From positions 1-55,448 of the forward strand of contig JAMCSP010000018.1 of assembly GCA_023378865.1 (NCBI GenBank): a DNA stretch of 55,448 nucleotides, in the 5' to 3' direction. How positions within the stretch are numbered: the stretch's first letter is position 1; each line of letters opens with the position of its first letter. Below the pieces are notes generated by a model. That model ran no database searches. It was not told the DNA's origin and was given only the letters and a program-made list of their open reading frames with translations. This DNA is from Candidatus Parvarchaeota archaeon (lineage in GTDB: Archaea > Nanobdellota > Nanobdellia > Parvarchaeales > Parvarchaeaceae). Below, one piece after another: positions 54,281 to 55,448 of the stretch. A program made the position numbers and the translations under genes.

Positions 54281-54673
54281 ATGGATTTTAAAGTTGCTGG
54301 TATAAATGAATTGAGAAAGGGAGACACTATTCTGGTAGATGACCAGTTTATCTGCAAAATAACGGATATAGCACTCAGTGCTCCTGGAAAGCATGGGCAT
54401 GCAAAGGCCAGAGTTGAAGCCGTTGGAGTAATAGATGGCAAAAAAAGGGTTTTTGTCATGTCCGCTGAGGACAGGGCCAAGATTCCAATAATAGAAAAGA
54501 GGGTTGCACAGGTAATAAGTCTTAATGACGGTAAAGCGCAGCTGATGGACATGGAATCCTATGAGGTTTTTGATGCAGATATACCTGAGGAATTAAAGGA
54601 TAAAATGAAGGAAGGCACACAGGTCACCTACTCAGATTTAATGGGTCAGAAGCTGATAAAAGGAATGAAGTAA
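54281..54673 (+). CDS. eif5a: translation initiation factor 5A (aIF5A)
   Basis: About 130 aa from the ATG at 54281 (the track ORF begins at 54209; the ATG at 54257 is also possible). Hypusine loop SAPGKHGHAKARV. Confidence 0.9.
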   Translation: MDFKVAGINELRKGDTILVDDQFICKITDIALSAPGKHGHAKARVEAVGVIDGKKRVFVMSAEDRAKIPIIEKRVAQVISLNDGKAQLMDMESYEVFDADIPEELKDKMKEGTQVTYSDLMGQKLIKGMK

Positions 54674-54731
54674 GTTCTCCTGAAACAGTAAAAAAAAGTT
54701 CACACGATTTATTTGTACCTATCTTTTAAAA

Positions 54732-55028
54732 TCAGTCGAAATTTCCCGCTTTTTTACTTTCTTCTATAAGTTTTTTCTGCTGCTCGTCGTCTTTTTTAAA
54801 ACCTTCCTGCTGCAGCTTTTCTCTTCTATTATCACTCATCTTTGCAAATAAGTTACACCAGTCCCTCCCGGAAACAACCAAATTAAATTTAACGAGCGAT
54901 GGGTGCGCACATTTTCCTCTTTCCAATAGATCTGCATTGAGCACATCATTTGGTATAAAGTACTTGCAAAGCAGACAGTTCTCACTTTGCCATGTTATGT
55001 GTTTATTGTTTTCTTCCATTTTATTCAT
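54732..55028 (-). CDS. small four-Cys protein (possible Fe-S or Zn site) with Lys/Glu-rich tail
   Basis: 98 aa. ENCLLCKYF-x15-GKC-x17-CNLF. The spacing is reminiscent of HiPIP but does not match its signature. No signal peptide. Confidence 0.35.
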   Translation of the reverse strand: MNKMEENNKHITWQSENCLLCKYFIPNDVLNADLLERGKCAHPSLVKFNLVVSGRDWCNLFAKMSDNRREKLQQEGFKKDDEQQKKLIEESKKAGNFD

Positions 55029-55251
55029 AATATGTTATGTTTGCTTTAGTTTCTGTTTCATTGTTTCTATTCATTTTGTTTATTGTGGTTTTCATTATTT
55101 CAAGCAAGGTATTCTCATATTTGCTTTTATTAATCGAATACACCCAGCCATAAAGCTGTTTGGCCTGCTCCCCCTTATATACCAATTTACCCAATTTTTC
55201 TTCAAAAGCTAGCTGGAATTTAAAGCCTACATATATTTTTGGCTCGAGCAA
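55021..55251 (-). CDS. hypothetical protein; the reading frame continues upstream without an ATG
   Basis: The track ORF starts on TTG. The same frame stays open upstream to 55401 (TSELEKALTDTFSDLGYKVKKVNDNYYSKEYIEGKFVPVKEGVEYEIRRN...). A TAA at 55402-55404 lies 6 codons after an in-frame ATG at 55423-55425. Confidence 0.35.
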   Translation of the reverse strand: MLEPKIYVGFKFQLAFEEKLGKLVYKGEQAKQLYGWVYSINKSKYENTLLEIMKTTINKMNRNNETETKANITYYE

Positions 55252-55448
55252 GTTTCTTCTAATCTCATATTCAACACCCTCTTTTACAGGAACAAATTTA
55301 CCTTCAATGTATTCTTTTGAGTAGTAGTTGTCATTTACTTTCTTAACTTTATAGCCTAAATCGGAGAAAGTGTCAGTAAGCGCTTTTTCTAGTTCACTTG
55401 TTTACGACGGCAAGGTAAGGTACATAGGAGTCAGCAACTTCAATCAAA

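Noticed and set aside
1-55448. Looked for tRNA, rRNA, CRISPR arrays, transposases, integrases and long repeats
   Set aside because: Coding sequence covers almost everything. The longest gap is about 155 nt and shows no cloverleaf-like or C/D-box features. No repeat-spacer periodicity or recombinase-like ORF was seen.

Overview
Compact, visibly AT-rich archaeal chromosomal segment. It holds about 64 protein genes, and many neighbouring genes overlap by 1-35 nt. The largest intergenic gap is about 155 nt. I found no rRNA, tRNA, CRISPR array, transposase or integrase.

Gene content is mostly core metabolism and information processing:
- A dispersed TCA and respiration set: sucD fragment, thioredoxin, two-subunit 2-oxoacid:ferredoxin oxidoreductase, citrate synthase, sdhAB plus an atypical anchor, nuoABCDHI, aconitase, a short ICDH-like dehydrogenase and malic enzyme.
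- An upper-glycolysis operon: PfkB kinase, class I aldolase, ROK glucokinase, TIM.
- sufCBD with an HTH regulator.
- Ribosomal and transcription genes: L44e, S27e, L37Ae, RpoP, Pcc1, prefoldin beta, L1-P0-P1, aIF5A, Sec61beta.
- Replication and repair genes: ATP-dependent ligase, fused PriS-PriL primase, DnaG, Hjc-like resolvase.

The fused primase, the acid-type S53 protease and the extreme gene packing suggest an acidophilic small-genome (DPANN-like, e.g. Parv-/Micrarchaeota-type) archaeon. This is an inference only.

Candidates most worth follow-up:
1. A four-gene, translationally coupled cysteine-relay operon at 48037-50852 (CC-motif membrane protein, exported TlpA-like redoxin, ArsR regulator, core-only MerA). 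It looks like a non-canonical mercury or thiol system.
2. An operon coupling a surface-anchored sedolisin protease to a long FlaI/PilB-type ATPase and a PilC/FlaJ-like platform, with no pilin gene (11775-18559).
3. A nuo cluster that stops after nuoI.
4. An SDH with a Cys/His-motif membrane anchor.
5. A membrane-anchored extracytoplasmic thioredoxin-fold protein with a CSSC motif.

All functional calls come from motif recognition by eye and from gene context. No database search was possible.
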